Below are positions 26,601 to 41,200 of a DNA stretch of 64,000 nt, one piece after another. The stretch lies in the NCBI RefSeq assembly GCF_009914755.1, contig NC_060946.1. One strand, given 5' to 3'. This stretch comes from the human T2T-CHM13v2.0 reference genome, Homo sapiens. Both the position numbers and the translations under genes were made by a program. Below the pieces are notes generated by a model. The model saw only the letters and a program-made list of their open reading frames with translations. It made no database searches and was not told where the DNA came from. Positions within the stretch are counted from its first letter, which is position 1. The number at the start of each line of letters is the position of its first letter.

Positions 26601-29100
26601 AACTGCTCAACTGAAAGGAAGGTTGAATTCTGTGACATGAATTCACACATCACAAAGAGGTTTTTCAGAAATCTTCTGTCTAGTTTTTATGTGAAGATAC
26701 TTCCTTTTTCACCAAGGGCCTCAAATATCTCCAAATATCCATTTGCAGATTCTACAGAAAGACTTCCCAAACTGCTCAATCAAAAGAAAGGTTCAACACA
26801 GTGAGATGAAGGCACACATCACAAAGAAGTTTCTCACAAATCTCCTGTCTAGTTTTTATGTGAAGATATTTCGTATTTCGCCACAGGCCATAAGGGGCTC
26901 ACAAATATCCCTTTGCAGGTTCTACAAAAAGACTGTTTCCAAACTGCTCAATCAAAAGAAAGGTTCAACTCTGTGACGTGAATGGACACATCGCAGAAAA
27001 TTTCTTGGAATGATTCCGTCTAGTTTTTATGGGAAGATGTTTCTCTTTCACCATAAGCCTCAAACGGATCAGAATTCTCCCTTTGCAGATTGTACAATGA
27101 GCCTCTTTCCAATCTGCTCAATCAAAAGAAAGTTTCAACTCTGTGAGGTGAATGCACACATCACAAGGGAGTTTCTCAGAAAGCTTCTGTTTAGTTTTTA
27201 CGTGAAGATGTTTCGTTTTTCAACATGGGCCTCAGGATCTCTCCAAATATCCATTTGCAGATTCTAGAAAAAGAGTGTTTCCAAACTCCTCAATCAAAAG
27301 AAAGTTTCAATTCCGTGAGATGAAAGCACACATCACACCGAAGTTTCTTAGAAAGCTTCTGTCTAGTTTTTATGTGAAGATACTTCACAGTGCATCATAG
27401 TACCCAATGGGCTCAGAAGTATCCCTTGGCAGATTCTACAAAAGGACTGTTTCAAAACTGCTCAATCCAAAGAAAGTTTCAACTATGTGAGATGAATGCA
27501 CACATCACAAAGAAGTTCCTCAGAATGTTTCTGTCTGGTTTATATGTGAAGAAGATTCCTATTTCACCATAGGCAATAAAGGGCTCGCAAATATTTTTTG
27601 CAGATTCTACAAATAGACTGTATCCAAACTGCTCAATAAAAAGAAAGTTTTAACTCTGTTTGATTAATGGACACATCGAAAAGTAGTTTCTCAGAAAACT
27701 TCTGTTTAGTTTTTATGTGAAGATATTTCCTTTGTCACAATTGGCCTCAAAGCACTCCTAATATCCATTTACAGATTTCACAAAAAGAGTGTTTCCAAAC
27801 AGCTCAATCAAAAGAAAGTGTTTAACTCTGTGAGGTGAAAGCACACATCTCAAAGAAGTTTCTCAGTAAGCTTCGGTCTACTTTTCATGTGAAGATATTT
27901 CCAGTTTCACCGTAGGCCTCAAAGGGCTAAGAAATATCCCTTTCCAGATTCTAAAAGACGACCGTTTCCATACTTCTCAATCAAAAGAAAGGTTAAATAC
28001 TCTGAGGTTAATGTCCACGTCAGAATGAAGTTTCTCAGAATTCTCCTGTCTAGTTTCTATGTGAAGATATTTACTATTTCACTATAGGCTTCAAAGGTCT
28101 CAAAAATATCCCTTTGCAGATTCTACAAAAATATGGTTTCCACAGTGCTGAATTAAAGGAAACCTTCAACTCTGTCAGATGAATGGAGACATCACAAAGA
28201 AGTTCCTCGGAATGCTTCTGTCCAGTTTAAATGTGAAGATATTTCTCTTTCACCACAGACCTCAAATGGCTCAGAAATATGCCTTTGCAGATTGCAGAAA
28301 AAGACTGTCTCTAAACTGCTCAAATAAAATAAAGTTTCAATTCTGTGAGATGAATGCACACATCACAAAGAAGTTTCTCAGAAAGCTTCTGTCTAGTTTT
28401 TATGTGAAGATATTTCCTTTTTCAGCGTAGTCCTTACACCGCTCACAAATATCCTTCTGCAGATACTAGAAAAAGACTGTTTCCAAACTGCTCCATCAAA
28501 AGAAAATTTCACCTACCTGAGATGAATGCACCCATCATAAAGAAGTTTCTCAGAATTCTTCTGTCTAGATTTTATGTGAAGATATTTCCATTTTCACCTT
28601 AGGCCACAAAGCGCTCCATACATCCCTTTGCAGATGATACGAAAAGACTGTTTCCAAACTGCTCAATCAAAAGAAATTTTCAACTCTGTGAGATGAAAGC
28701 ACCCATCACAAAAAAGTTTCTCAGAAATCTCCTGTCTAGTTTTTATCTCAAGATAATTCCTATTTTGCCATAGGAATCAAGGGGCTCACAAATATCCCTT
28801 TGCAGATCCTACAAAAGTTCTGTTTACAAACCTCTCAATCAAAAGAAACGTTCAACATTGTGAGACGAATGAACACATCACAAAGAAGTTTCTCAGAATG
28901 CTTCTGTCTGGTTACTCTGTGAAGATATTTCTTTTTTCACCACAGTCTTTAAGCCACTCGAAAATATCTGTCTGCAGACACTACAAAAAGACTGTTTCCA
29001 AACTGGCCCATATAGCATGTTTCAACTATGTGAAATGAATGCACTCATCAAAGAGAAGTTTCTCAGAATTCTTCTGTCTAGTTTTTATGTGAAGATATTT
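14613..29100 (-). repeat. Heterogeneous (older) layer of HOR variant B
   Basis: Unit spacings are 3423, 3424, 2739, 3424 and 3425. There are many copy-private SNVs and 1-bp deletions (~15460, ~15660, ~18640, ~26570). ORF translations differ from copy to copy here, unlike in the flanking blocks. Confidence 0.88.
20556..23294 (-). repeat. 16-mer structural variant of the HOR (2739 bp; four monomers / 686 bp deleted) with a hybrid monomer
   Basis: Marker spacing is 2739 instead of 3425. At 23041-23110, agacgaaagcacacatc... runs directly into ...tctactttttatgtgaggctatttcttg, which lies 686 bp downstream in intact units (19626 vs 20312). Confidence 0.96.
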
Positions 29101-32100
29101 CCTTCTTCACCGTAGGCCGCAAATTGCTCCAAATATCCATTTGCGGATTCTACAGAAAGAATGTTTCCAAACTGGTCAATCAACAGAAAGGCTCAACTCT
29201 GTGAGACGAAAGCACACATCACAAAGAAGTTTCTCAGAAAGCTTCTGTCTACATTTTATGTGAAGGTATTTCCTTTGGCACCGTAGGCCTTAAACCACTC
29301 ACAAACATAACTCCGCTTATACTACCAAGAGACTTTCTCCAAATTGCTAAATCAAAAGAAACGTTCAACTCTGTGAGATGAATACACACATCAAAAAGAA
29401 GTTTCTCAAAATGCTTCTGTCTAGTTTTCATGTGAAGATATTTATTTTTCACCATTGACCCCAAACGGCTCAGAAATATCCCTTTGCAGTTTGTAGGAAA
29501 AGACTGTTTCCAAACTGCTCAATGAAAAGAAATGGTCAACTATTAGAGATGAATGGAAATGTCACAAAGAGTTTTCTCAAAAAGCTACTGTGTCGTTTTT
29601 ATGTGAAGACGTTTCCTTTTTCACTCTAGGCCTTAAAACTCTCTAAATATACATTCACAGATTCTACAAAAAGACTGATTCCAAACTGCTCAATCAGAAG
29701 AAAGGTTCAGTTCCGTGTGACAAACGTGCACATCAGAAAGAAATTTGTCAGAAACCTTCTGTCTACTTTTTACGTGAAGATATTTCATATTTCAACAAAG
29801 GCCATAAAAGGATCACAAATATCCCTTTGCAGATTCTAAGAAAAGACATTTTCCAAACTCCTCAATCAAAAGAAAGGTTTCACTCTGTGCGATGAATGGA
29901 CACATCACAAAGAAGTTTCTCAGAAAGCTTCTGTCTACTTTTTATGTGAGGCTATTTCTTGTTCACCATAGGCCTCAAGCAGCTAAGAAATTTCCCTCTG
30001 CAGCTTCTACAAAAGACTGGTTCCAAACTGCTCAACTGAAAGGAAGGTTGAATTCTGTGACATGAATTCACACATCACAAAGAGGTTTTTCAGAAATCTT
30101 CTGTCTAGTTTTTATGTGAAGATACTTCCTTTTTCACCAAGGGCCTCAAATATCTCCAAATATCCATTTGCAGATTCTACAGAAAGACTTCCCAAACTGC
30201 TCAATCAAAAGAAAGGTTCAACACAGTGAGATGAAGGCACACATCACAAAGAAGTTTCTCAGAAATCTCCTGTCTAGTTTTTATTTGAAGATATTTCGTA
30301 TTTCACCAAAGACCACAAGGGGCTCACAAATATCCCTTTGCAGGTTCCACAAAAAGACTGTTTCCAAACTGCTCAATCAAAAGAAAGGTTCAACTCTGTA
30401 ACGTGAATGGACTCATCGCAGAAAATTTCTTGGAATGATTCCGTCTAGTTTTTATGGGAAGATGTTTCTCTTTCACCATAAGCCTCAAACGGATCAGAAT
30501 TCTCCCTTTGCAGTTTGTACAATAAGCCTCTTTCCAATCTGCTCAATCAAAAGAAAGTTTCAACTCTGTGAGGTGAATGCACACATCACAAGGGAGTTTC
30601 TCAGAAAGCTTCTGTTTAGTTTTTACGTGAAGATGTTTCGTTTTTCAACATGGGCCTCAGGATCTCTCCAAATATCCATTTGCAGATTCTAGAAAAAGAG
30701 TGTTTCCAAACTCCTCAATCAAAAGAAAGTTTCAATTCCGTGAGATGAAAGCACACATCACAACGAAGTTTCTTAGAAAGCTTCTGTCTAGTTTTTATGT
30801 GAAGATACTTCACAGTGCATCATAGTACTCAATGGGCTCAGAAATATCCCTTGGCAGATTCTACAAAAGGACTGTTTCAAAACTGCTCAATCCAAAGAAA
30901 GTTTCAACTATGTGAGATGAATGCACACATCACAAAGAAGTTCCTCAGAATGCTTCTGTCTAGTTTATATGTGAAGAAGATTCCTATTTCACCATAGGCA
31001 ATAAAGGGCTCGCAAATATTTTTTGCAGATTCTACAAAAAGACTGTATCCAAACTGCTCAATAAAAAGAAAGTTTTAACTCTGTTAGATTAATGGACACA
31101 TCGAAAGGTAGTTTCTCAGAAATCTTCTGTTTAGTTTTTATGTGAAGATATTTCCTTTGTCACCATTGGCCTCAAAGCACTCCTAATATCCATTTACAGA
31201 TTTCACAAAAAGAGTGTTTCCAAACAGCTCAATCAAAAGAAAGTGTTTAACTCTGTGAGGTGAAAGCACACATCTCCAAGAAGTTTCTCAGAAAGCTTCG
31301 GTCTACTTTTCATGTGAAGATATTTCCAGTTTCACCGTAGGCCTCAAAGGGCTAAGAAATATCCCTTTCCCGATTCTAAAAGACGACCGTTTCCATACTT
31401 CTCAATCCAAAGAAAGGTTAAATTCTCTGAGGTTAATGCCCACGTCAGAATGAAGTTTCTCAGAATTCTCCTGTCTAGTTTCTATGTGAAGATATTTACT
31501 ATTTCACTATAGGCTTCAAAGGTCTCAAAAATATCCCTTTGCAGATTCTACAAAAATATGGTTTCCACAGTGCTGAATTAAAAGAAACCTTCAACTCTGT
31601 CAGATGAATGGAGACATCACAAAGAAGTTCCTCGGAATGCTTCTGTCTAGTTTAAATGTGAAGATATTTCTCTTTCACCACAGACCTCAAATGGCTCAGA
31701 AATATGCCTTTGCAGATTGCAGAAAAAGACTGTCTCTAAACTGCTCAAATAAAATAAAGTTTCAACACTGTGAGATGAATGCACACATCACAAAGAAGTT
31801 TCTCAGAAAGCTTCTGTCTAGTTTTTATGTGAAGATATTTCCTTTTTCAGCATAGTCCTTACACCGCTCACAAATATCCTTCTGCAGATACTAGAAAAAG
31901 ACTGTTTCCAAACTGCTCCATCAAAAGAAAATTTCACCTACCTGAGATGAATGCACCCATCATAAAGAAGTTTCTCAGAATTCTTCTGTCTAGATTTTAT
32001 GTGAAGATATTTCCATTTTCACCTTAGGCCACAAAGCGCTCCACACATCCCTTTGCAGATGATACGAAAAGACTGTTTCCAAACTGCTCAATCAAAAGAA

Positions 32101-35100
32101 ATTTTCAACTCTGTGAGATGAAAGCAACCATCACAAAAAAGTTTCTCAGAAATCTCCTGTCTAGTTTTTATGACAAGATAATTCCTATTTTGCCATAGGA
32201 ATCAAGGGGCTCACAAATATCCCTTTGCAGATTCTACAAAAGTTCTGTTTACAAACCTCTCAATCAAAAGAAACGTTCAACATTGTGAGATGAATGAACA
32301 CATCACAAAGAAGTTTCTCAGAATGCTTCTGTCTGGTTACTCTGTGAAGATATTTCTTTTTTCACCACAGTCTTTAAGCCACTCAAAAATATCTGTCTGC
32401 AGACCCTACAAAAAGACTGTTTCCAAACTGGCCCATATAGCATGTTTCAACTATGTGAAATGAATGCACTCATCAAAGAGAAGTTTCTCAGAATTCTTCT
32501 GTCTAGTTTTTATCTGAAGATATTTCCTTCTTCACCGTAGGCCGCAAATTGCTCCAAATATCCATTTGCGGATTCTACAGAAAGAATGTTTCCAAACTGG
32601 TCAATCAACAGAAAGGCTCAACTCTGTGAGACGAAAGCACACATCACAAAGAAGTTTCTCAGAAAGCTTCTGTCTACATTTTATGTGAAGGTATTTCCTT
32701 TGGCACCGTAGGCCTTAAACCACTCACAAACATAACTCCGCTTATACTACCAAGAGACTTTCTCCAAATTGCTAAATCAAAAGAAACGTTCAACTCTGTG
32801 AGATGAATACACACATCAAAAAGAAGTTTCTCAAAATGCTTCTGTCTAGTTTTCATGTGAAGATATTTATTTTTCACCATTGACCCCAAACGGCTCAGAA
32901 ATATCCCTTTGCAGTTTGTAGGAAAAGACTGTTTCCAAACTGCTCAATGAAAAGAAATGGTCAACTATTAGAGATGAATGGAAATGTCACAAAGAGTTTT
33001 CTCAAAAAGCTACTGTGTCGTTTTTATGTGAAGACGTTTCCTTTTTCACTCTAGGCCTTAAAACTCTCTAAATATACATTCACAGATTCTACAAAAAGAC
33101 TGATTCCAAACTGCTCAATCAGAAGAAAGGTTCAGTTCCGTGTGACAAACGTGCACATCAGAAAGAAATTTGTCAGAAACCTTCTGTCTACTTTTTACGT
33201 GAAGATATTTCATATTTCAACAAAGGCCATAAAAGGATCACAAATATCCCTTTGCAGATTCTAAGAAAAGACATTTTCCAAACTCCTCAATCAAAAGAAA
33301 GGTTTCACTCTGTGCGATGAATGGACACATCACAAAGAAGTTTCTCAGAAAGCTTCTGTCTACTTTTTATGTGAGGCTATTTCTTGTTCACCATAGGCCT
33401 CAAGCAGCTAAGAAATTTCCCTCTGCAGCTTCTACAAAAGACTGGTTCCAAACTGCTCAACTGAAAGGAAGGTTGAATTCTGTGACATGAATTCACACAT
33501 CACAAAGAGGTTTTTCAGAAATCTTCTGTCTAGTTTTTATGTGAAGATACTTCCTTTTTCACCAAGGGCCTCAAATATCTCCAAATATCCATTTGCAGAT
33601 TCTACAGAAAGACTTCCCAAACTGCTCAATCAAAAGAAAGGTTCAACACAGTGAGATGAAGGCACACATCACAAAGAAGTTTCTCAGAAATCTCCTGTCT
33701 AGTTTTTATTTGAAGATATTTCGTATTTCACCAAAGACCACAAGGGGCTCACAAATATCCCTTTGCAGGTTCCACAAAAAGACTGTTTCCAAACTGCTCA
33801 ATCAAAAGAAAGGTTCAACTCTGTGACGTGAATGGACTCATCGCAGAAAATTTCTTGGAATGATTCCGTCTAGTTTTTATGGGAAGATGTTTCTCTTTCA
33901 CCATAAGCCTCAAACGGATCAGAATTCTCCCTTTGCAGTTTGTACAATAAGCCTCTTTCCAATCTGCTCAATCAAAAGAAAGTTTCAACTCTGTGAGGTG
34001 AATGCACACATCACAAGGGAGTTTCTCAGAAAGCTTCTGTTTAGTTTTTACGTGAAGATGTTTCGTTTTTCAACATGGGCCTCAGGATCTCTCCAAATAT
34101 CCATTTGCAGATTCTAGAAAAAGAGTGTTTCCAAACTCCTCAATCAAAAGAAAGTTTCAATTCCGTGAGATGAAAGCACACATCACAACGAAGTTTCTTA
34201 GAAAGCTTCTGTCTAGTTTTTATGTGAAGATACTTCACAGTGCATCATAGTACTCAATGGGCTCAGAAATATCCCTTGGCAGATTCTACAAAAGGACTGT
34301 TTCAAAACTGCTCAATCCAAAGAAAGTTTCAACTATGTGAGATGAATGCACACATCACAAAGAAGTTCCTCAGAATGCTTCTGTCTAGTTTATATGTGAA
34401 GAAGATTCCTATTTCACCATAGGCAATAAAGGGCTCGCAAATATTTTTTGCAGATTCTACAAAAAGACTGTATCCAAACTGCTCAATAAAAAGAAAGTTT
34501 TAACTCTGTTAGATTAATGGACACATCGAAAGGTAGTTTCTCAGAAATCTTCTGTTTAGTTTTTATGTGAAGATATTTCCTTTGTCACCATTGGCCTCAA
34601 AGCACTCCTAATATCCATTTACAGATTTCACAAAAAGAGTGTTTCCAAACAGCTCAATCAAAAGAAAGTGTTTAACTCTGTGAGGTGAAAGCACACATCT
34701 CCAAGAAGTTTCTCAGAAAGCTTCGGTCTACTTTTCATGTGAAGATATTTCCAGTTTCACCGTAGGCCTCAAAGGGCTAAGAAATATCCCTTTCCCGATT
34801 CTAAAAGACGACCGTTTCCATACTTCTCAATCCAAAGAAAGGTTAAATTCTCTGAGGTTAATGCCCACGTCAGAATGAAGTTTCTCAGAATTCTCCTGTC
34901 TAGTTTCTATGTGAAGATATTTACTATTTCACTATAGGCTTCAAAGGTCTCAAAAATATCCCTTTGCAGATTCTACAAAAATATGGTTTCCACAGTGCTG
35001 AATTAAAAGAAACCTTCAACTCTGTCAGATGAATGGAGACATCACAAAGAAGTTCCTCGGAATGCTTCTGTCTAGTTTAAATGTGAAGATATTTCTCTTT

Positions 35101-35299
35101 CACCACAGACCTCAAATGGCTCAGAAATATGCCTTTGCAGATTGCAGAAAAAGACTGTCTCTAAACTGCTCAAATAAAATAAAGTTTCAACACTGTGAGA
35201 TGAATGCACACATCACAAAGAAGTTTCTCAGAAAGCTTCTGTCTAGTTTTTATGTGAAGATATTTCCTTTTTCAGCATAGTCCTTACACCGCTCACAAA

Positions 35300-38200
35300 T
35301 ATCCTTCTGCAGATACTAGAAAAAGACTGTTTCCAAACTGCTCCATCAAAAGAAAATTTCACCTACCTGAGATGAATGCACCCATCATAAAGAAGTTTCT
35401 CAGAATTCTTCTGTCTAGATTTTATGTGAAGATATTTCCATTTTCACCTTAGGCCACAAAGCGCTCCACACATCCCTTTGCAGATGATACGAAAAGACTG
35501 TTTCCAAACTGCTCAATCAAAAGAAATTTTCAACTCTGTGAGATGAAAGCAACCATCACAAAAAAGTTTCTCAGAAATCTCCTGTCTAGTTTTTATGACA
35601 AGATAATTCCTATTTTGCCATAGGAATCAAGGGGCTCACAAATATCCCTTTGCAGATTCTACAAAAGTTCTGTTTACAAACCTCTCAATCAAAAGAAACG
35701 TTCAACATTGTGAGATGAATGAACACATCACAAAGAAGTTTCTCAGAATGCTTCTGTCTGGTTACTCTGTGAAGATATTTCTTTTTTCACCACAGTCTTT
35801 AAGCCACTCAAAAATATCTGTCTGCAGACCCTACAAAAAGACTGTTTCCAAACTGGCCCATATAGCATGTTTCAACTATGTGAAATGAATGCACTCATCA
35901 AAGAGAAGTTTCTCAGAATTCTTCTGTCTAGTTTTTATCTGAAGATATTTCCTTCTTCACCGTAGGCCGCAAATTGCTCCAAATATCCATTTGCGGATTC
36001 TACAGAAAGAATGTTTCCAAACTGGTCAATCAACAGAAAGGCTCAACTCTGTGAGACGAAAGCACACATCACAAAGAAGTTTCTCAGAAAGCTTCTGTCT
36101 ACATTTTATGTGAAGGTATTTCCTTTGGCACCGTAGGCCTTAAACCACTCACAAACATAACTCCGCTTATACTACCAAGAGACTTTCTCCAAATCGCTAA
36201 ATCAAAAGAAACGTTCAACTCTGTGAGATGAATACACACATCAAAAAGAAGTTTCTCAAAATGCTTCTGTCTAGTTTTCATGTGAAGATATTTATTTTTC
36301 ACCATTGACCCCAAACGGCTCAGATATATCCCTTTGCAGTTTGTAGGAAAAGAATGTTTCCAAACTGCTCAATGAAAAGAAATGGTCAACTATTAGAGAT
36401 GAATGGAAATGTCACAAAGAGTTTTCTCAAAAAGCTACTGTGTCGTTTTTATGTGAAGACGTTTCCATTTTCACTCTAGGCCTTAAAACTCTCTAAATAT
36501 GCATTCACAGATTCTACAAAAAGACTGATTCCAAACTGCTCAATCAGAAGAAAGGTTCAATTCCGTGTGACAAACGTGCACATCAGAAAAAATTTGTCAG
36601 AAACCTTCTGTCTACTTTTTACGTGAAGATATTTCATATTTCAACAAAGGCCATAAAGGGCTCACAAATATCCCTTTGCAGATTCTAAGAAAAGACATTT
36701 TCCAAACTCCTCAATCAAAAGAAAGGTTTCACTCTGTGCGATGAATGGACACATCACAAAGAAGTTTCTCAGAAAGCTTCTGTCTACTTTTTATGTGAGG
36801 CTATTTCTTGTTCACCATAGGCCTCAAGCAGCTAAGAAATTTCCCTCTGCAGCTTCTACAAAAGACTGGTTCCAAACTGCTCAACTGAAAGGAAGGTTGA
36901 ATTCTGTGACATGAATTCACACATCACAAAGAGGTTTTTCAGAAATCTTCTGTCTAGTTTTTATGTGAAGATACTTCCTTTTTCACCAAGGGCCTCAAAT
37001 ATCTCCAAATATCCATTTGCAGATTCTACAGAAAGACTTCCCAAACTGCTCAATCAAAAGAAAGGTTCAACACAGTGAGATGAAGGCACACATCACAAAG
37101 AAGTTTCTCAGAAATCTCCTGTCTAGTTTTTATTTGAAGATATTTCGTATTTCACCAAAGACCACAAGGGGCTCACAAATATCCCTTTGCAGGTTCCACA
37201 AAAAGACTGTTTCCAAACTTCTCAATCAAAAGAAAGGTTCAACTCTGTGACGTGAATGGACTCATCGCAGAAAATTTCTTGGAATGATTCCGTCTAGTTT
37301 TTATGGGAAGATGTTTCTCTTTCACCATAAGCCTCAAACGGATCAGAATTCTCCCTTTGCAGTTTGTACAATAAGCCTCTTTCCAATCTGCTCAATCAAA
37401 AGAAAGTTTCAACTCTCTGAGGTGAATGCACACATCACAAGGGAGTTTCTCAGAAAGCTTCTGTTTAGTTTTTATGTGAAGATGTTTCGTTTTTCAACAT
37501 GGGCCTCAGGATCTCTCCAAATATCCATTTGCAGATTCTAGAAAAAGAGTGTTTCCAAACTCCTCAATCAAAAGAAAGTTTCAATTCCGTGAGATGAAAG
37601 CACACATCACAACGAAGTTTCTTAGAAAGCTTCTGTCTAGTTTTTATGTGAAGATACTTCACAGTGCATCATAGTACTCAATGGGCTCAGAAATATCCCT
37701 TGGCAGATTCTACAAAAGGACTGTTTCAAAACTGCTCAATCCAAAGAAAGTTTCAACTATGTGAGATGAATGCACACATCACAAAGAAGTTCCTCAGAAT
37801 GCTTCTGTCTAGTTTATATGTGAAGAAGATTCCTATTTCACCATAGGCAATAAAGGGCTCGCAAATATTTTTTGCAGATTCTACAAAAAGACTGTATCCA
37901 AACTGCTCAATAAAAAGAAAGTTTTAACTCTGTTAGATTAATGGACACATCGAAAGGTAGTTTCTCAGAAATCTTCTGTTTAGTTTTTATGTGAAGATAT
38001 TTCCTTTGTCACCATTGGCCTCGAAGCACTCCTAATATCCATTTACAGATTTCACAAAAAGAGTGTTTCCAAACAGCTCAATCAAAAGAAAGTGTTTAAC
38101 TCTGTGAGGTGAAAGCACACATCTCCAAGAAGTTTCTCAGAAAGCTTCGGTCTACTTTTCATGTGAAGATATTTCCAGTTTCACCGTAGGCCTCAAAGGG

Positions 38201-41200
38201 CTAAGAAATATCCCTTTCCAGATTCTAAAAGACGACCGTTTCCATACTTCTCAATCAAAAGAAAGGTTAAATTCTCTGAGGTTAATGCCCACGTCAGAAT
38301 GAAGTTTCTCAGAATTCTCCTGTCTAGTTTCTATGTGAAGATATTTACTATTTCACTATAGGCTTCAAAGGTCTCAAAAATATCCCTTTGCAGATTCTAC
38401 AAAAATATGGTTTCCACAGTGCTGAATTAAAAGAAACCTTCAACTCTGTCAGATGAATGGAGACATCACAAAGAAGTTCCTCGGAATGCTTCTGTCTAGT
38501 TTAAATGTGAAGATATTTCTCTTTCACCACAGACCTCAAATGGCTCAGAAATATGCCTTTGCAGATTGCAGAAAAAGACTGTCTCTAAACTGCTCAAATA
38601 AAATAAAGTTTCAACACTGTGAGATGAATGCACACATCACAAAGAAGTTTCTCAGAAAGCTTCTGTCTAGTTTTTATGTGAAGATATTTCCTTTTTCAGC
38701 GTAGTCCTTACACCGCTCACAAATATCCTTCTGCAGATACTAGAAAAAGACTGTTTCCAAACTGCTCCATCAAAAGAAAATTTCACCTACCTGAGATGAA
38801 TGCACCCATCATAAAGAAGTTTCTCAGAATTCTTCTGTCTAGATTTTATGTGAAGATATTTCCATTTTCACCTTAGGCCACAAAGCTCTCCACACATCCC
38901 TTTGCAGATGATACGAAAAGACTGTTTCCAAACTGCTCAATCAAAAGAAATTTTCAACTCTGTGAGATGAAAGCAACCATCACAAAAAAGTTTCTCAGAA
39001 ATCTCCTGTCTAGTTTTTATGACAAGATAATTCCTATTTTGCCATAGGAATCAAGGGGCTCACAAATATCCCTTTGCAGATTCTACAAAAGTTGTGTTTA
39101 CAAACCTCTCAATCAAAAGAAACGTTCAACATTGTGAGATGAATGAACACATCACAAAGAAGTTTCTCAGAATGCTTCTGTCTGGTTACTCTGTGAAGAT
39201 ATTTCTTTTTTCACCACAGTCTTAAAGCCACTCAAAAATATCTGTCTGCAGACCCTACAAAAAGACTGTTTCCAAACTGGCCCATATAGCATGTTTCAAC
39301 TATGTGAAATGAATGCACTCATCAAAGAGAAGTTTCTCAGAATTCTTCTGTCTAGTTTTTATGTGAAGATATTTCCTTCTTCACCGTAGGCCGCAAATTG
39401 CTCCAAATATCCATTTGCGGATTCTACAGAAAGAATGTTTCCAAACTGGTCAATCAACAGAAAGGCTCAACTCTGTGAGACGAAAGCACACATCACAAAG
39501 AAGTTTCTCAGAAAGCTTCTGTCTACATTTTATGTGAAGGTATTTCCTTTGGCACCGTAGGCCTTAAACCACTCACAAACATAACTCCGCTTATACTACC
39601 AAGAGACTTTCTCCAAATCGCTAAATCAAAAGAAACGTTCAACTCTGTGAGATGAATACACACATCAAAAAGAAGTTTCTCAAAATGCTTCTGTCTAGTT
39701 TTCATGTGAAGATATTTATTTTTCACCATTGACCCCAAACGGCTCAGATATATCCCTTTGCAGTTTGTAGGAAAAGAATGTTTCCAAACTGCTCAATGAA
39801 AAGAAATGGTCAACTATTAGAGATGAATGGAAATGTCACAAAGAGTTTTCTCAAAAAGCTACTGTGTCGTTTTTATGTGAAGACGTTTCCATTTTCACTC
39901 TAGGCCTTAAAACTCTCTAAATATGCATTCACAGATTCTACAAAAAGACTGATTCCAAACTGCTCAATCAGAAGAAAGGTTCAATTCCGTGTGACAAACG
40001 TGCACATCAGAAAGAAATTTGTCAGAAACCTTCTGTCTACTTTTTACGTGAAGATATTTCATATTTCAACAAAGGCCATAAAGGGCTCACAAATATCCCT
40101 TTGCAGATTCTAAGAAAAGACATTTTCCAAACTCCTCAATCAAAAGAAAGGTTTCACTCTGTGCGATGAATGGACACATCACAAAGAAGTTTCTCAGAAA
40201 GCTTCTGTCTACTTTTTATGTGAGGCTATTTCTTGTTCACCATAGGCCTCAAGCAGCTAAGAAATTTCCCTCTGCAGCTTCTACAAAAGACTGGTTCCAA
40301 ACTGCTCAACTGAAAGGAAGGTTGAATTCTGTGACATGAATTCACACATCACAAAGAGGTTTTTCAGAAATCTTCTGTCTAGTTTTTATGTGAAGATACT
40401 TCCTTTTTCACCAAGGGCCTCAAATATCTCCAAATATCCATTTGCAGATTCTACAGAAAGACTTCCCAAACTGCTCAATCAAAAGAAAGGTTCAACACAG
40501 TGAGATGAAGGCACACATCACAAAGAAGTTTCTCAGAAATCTCCTGTCTAGTTTTTATTTGAAGATATTTCGTATTTCACCAAAGACCACAAGGGGCTCA
40601 CAAATATCCCTTTGCAGGTTCCACAAAAAGACTGTTTCCAAACTGCTCAATCAAAAGAAAGGTTCAACTCTGTGACGTGAATGGACTCATCGCAGAAAAT
40701 TTCTTGGAATGATTCCGTCTAGTTTTTATGGGAAGATGTTTCTCTTTCACCATAAGCCTCAAACGGATCAGAATTCTCCCTTTGCAGTTTGTACAATAAG
40801 CCTCTTTCCAATCTGCTCAATCAAAAGAAAGTTTCAACTCTGTGAGGTGAATGCACACATCACAAGGGAGTTTCTCAGAAAGCTTCTGTTTAGTTTTTAC
40901 GTGAAGATGTTTCGTTTTTCAACATGGGCCTCAGGATCTCTCCAAATATCCATTTGCAGATTCTAGAAAAAGAGTGTTTCCAAACTCCTCAATCAAAAGA
41001 AAGTTTCAATTCCGTGAGATGAAAGCACACATCACAACGAAGTTTCTTAGAAAGCTTCTGTCTAGTTTTTATGTGAAGATACTTCACAGTGCATCATAGT
41101 ACTCAATGGGCTCAGAAATATCCCTTGGCAGATTCTACAAAAGGACTGTTTCAAAACTGCTCAATCCAAAGAAAGTTTCAACTATGTGAGATGAATGCAC

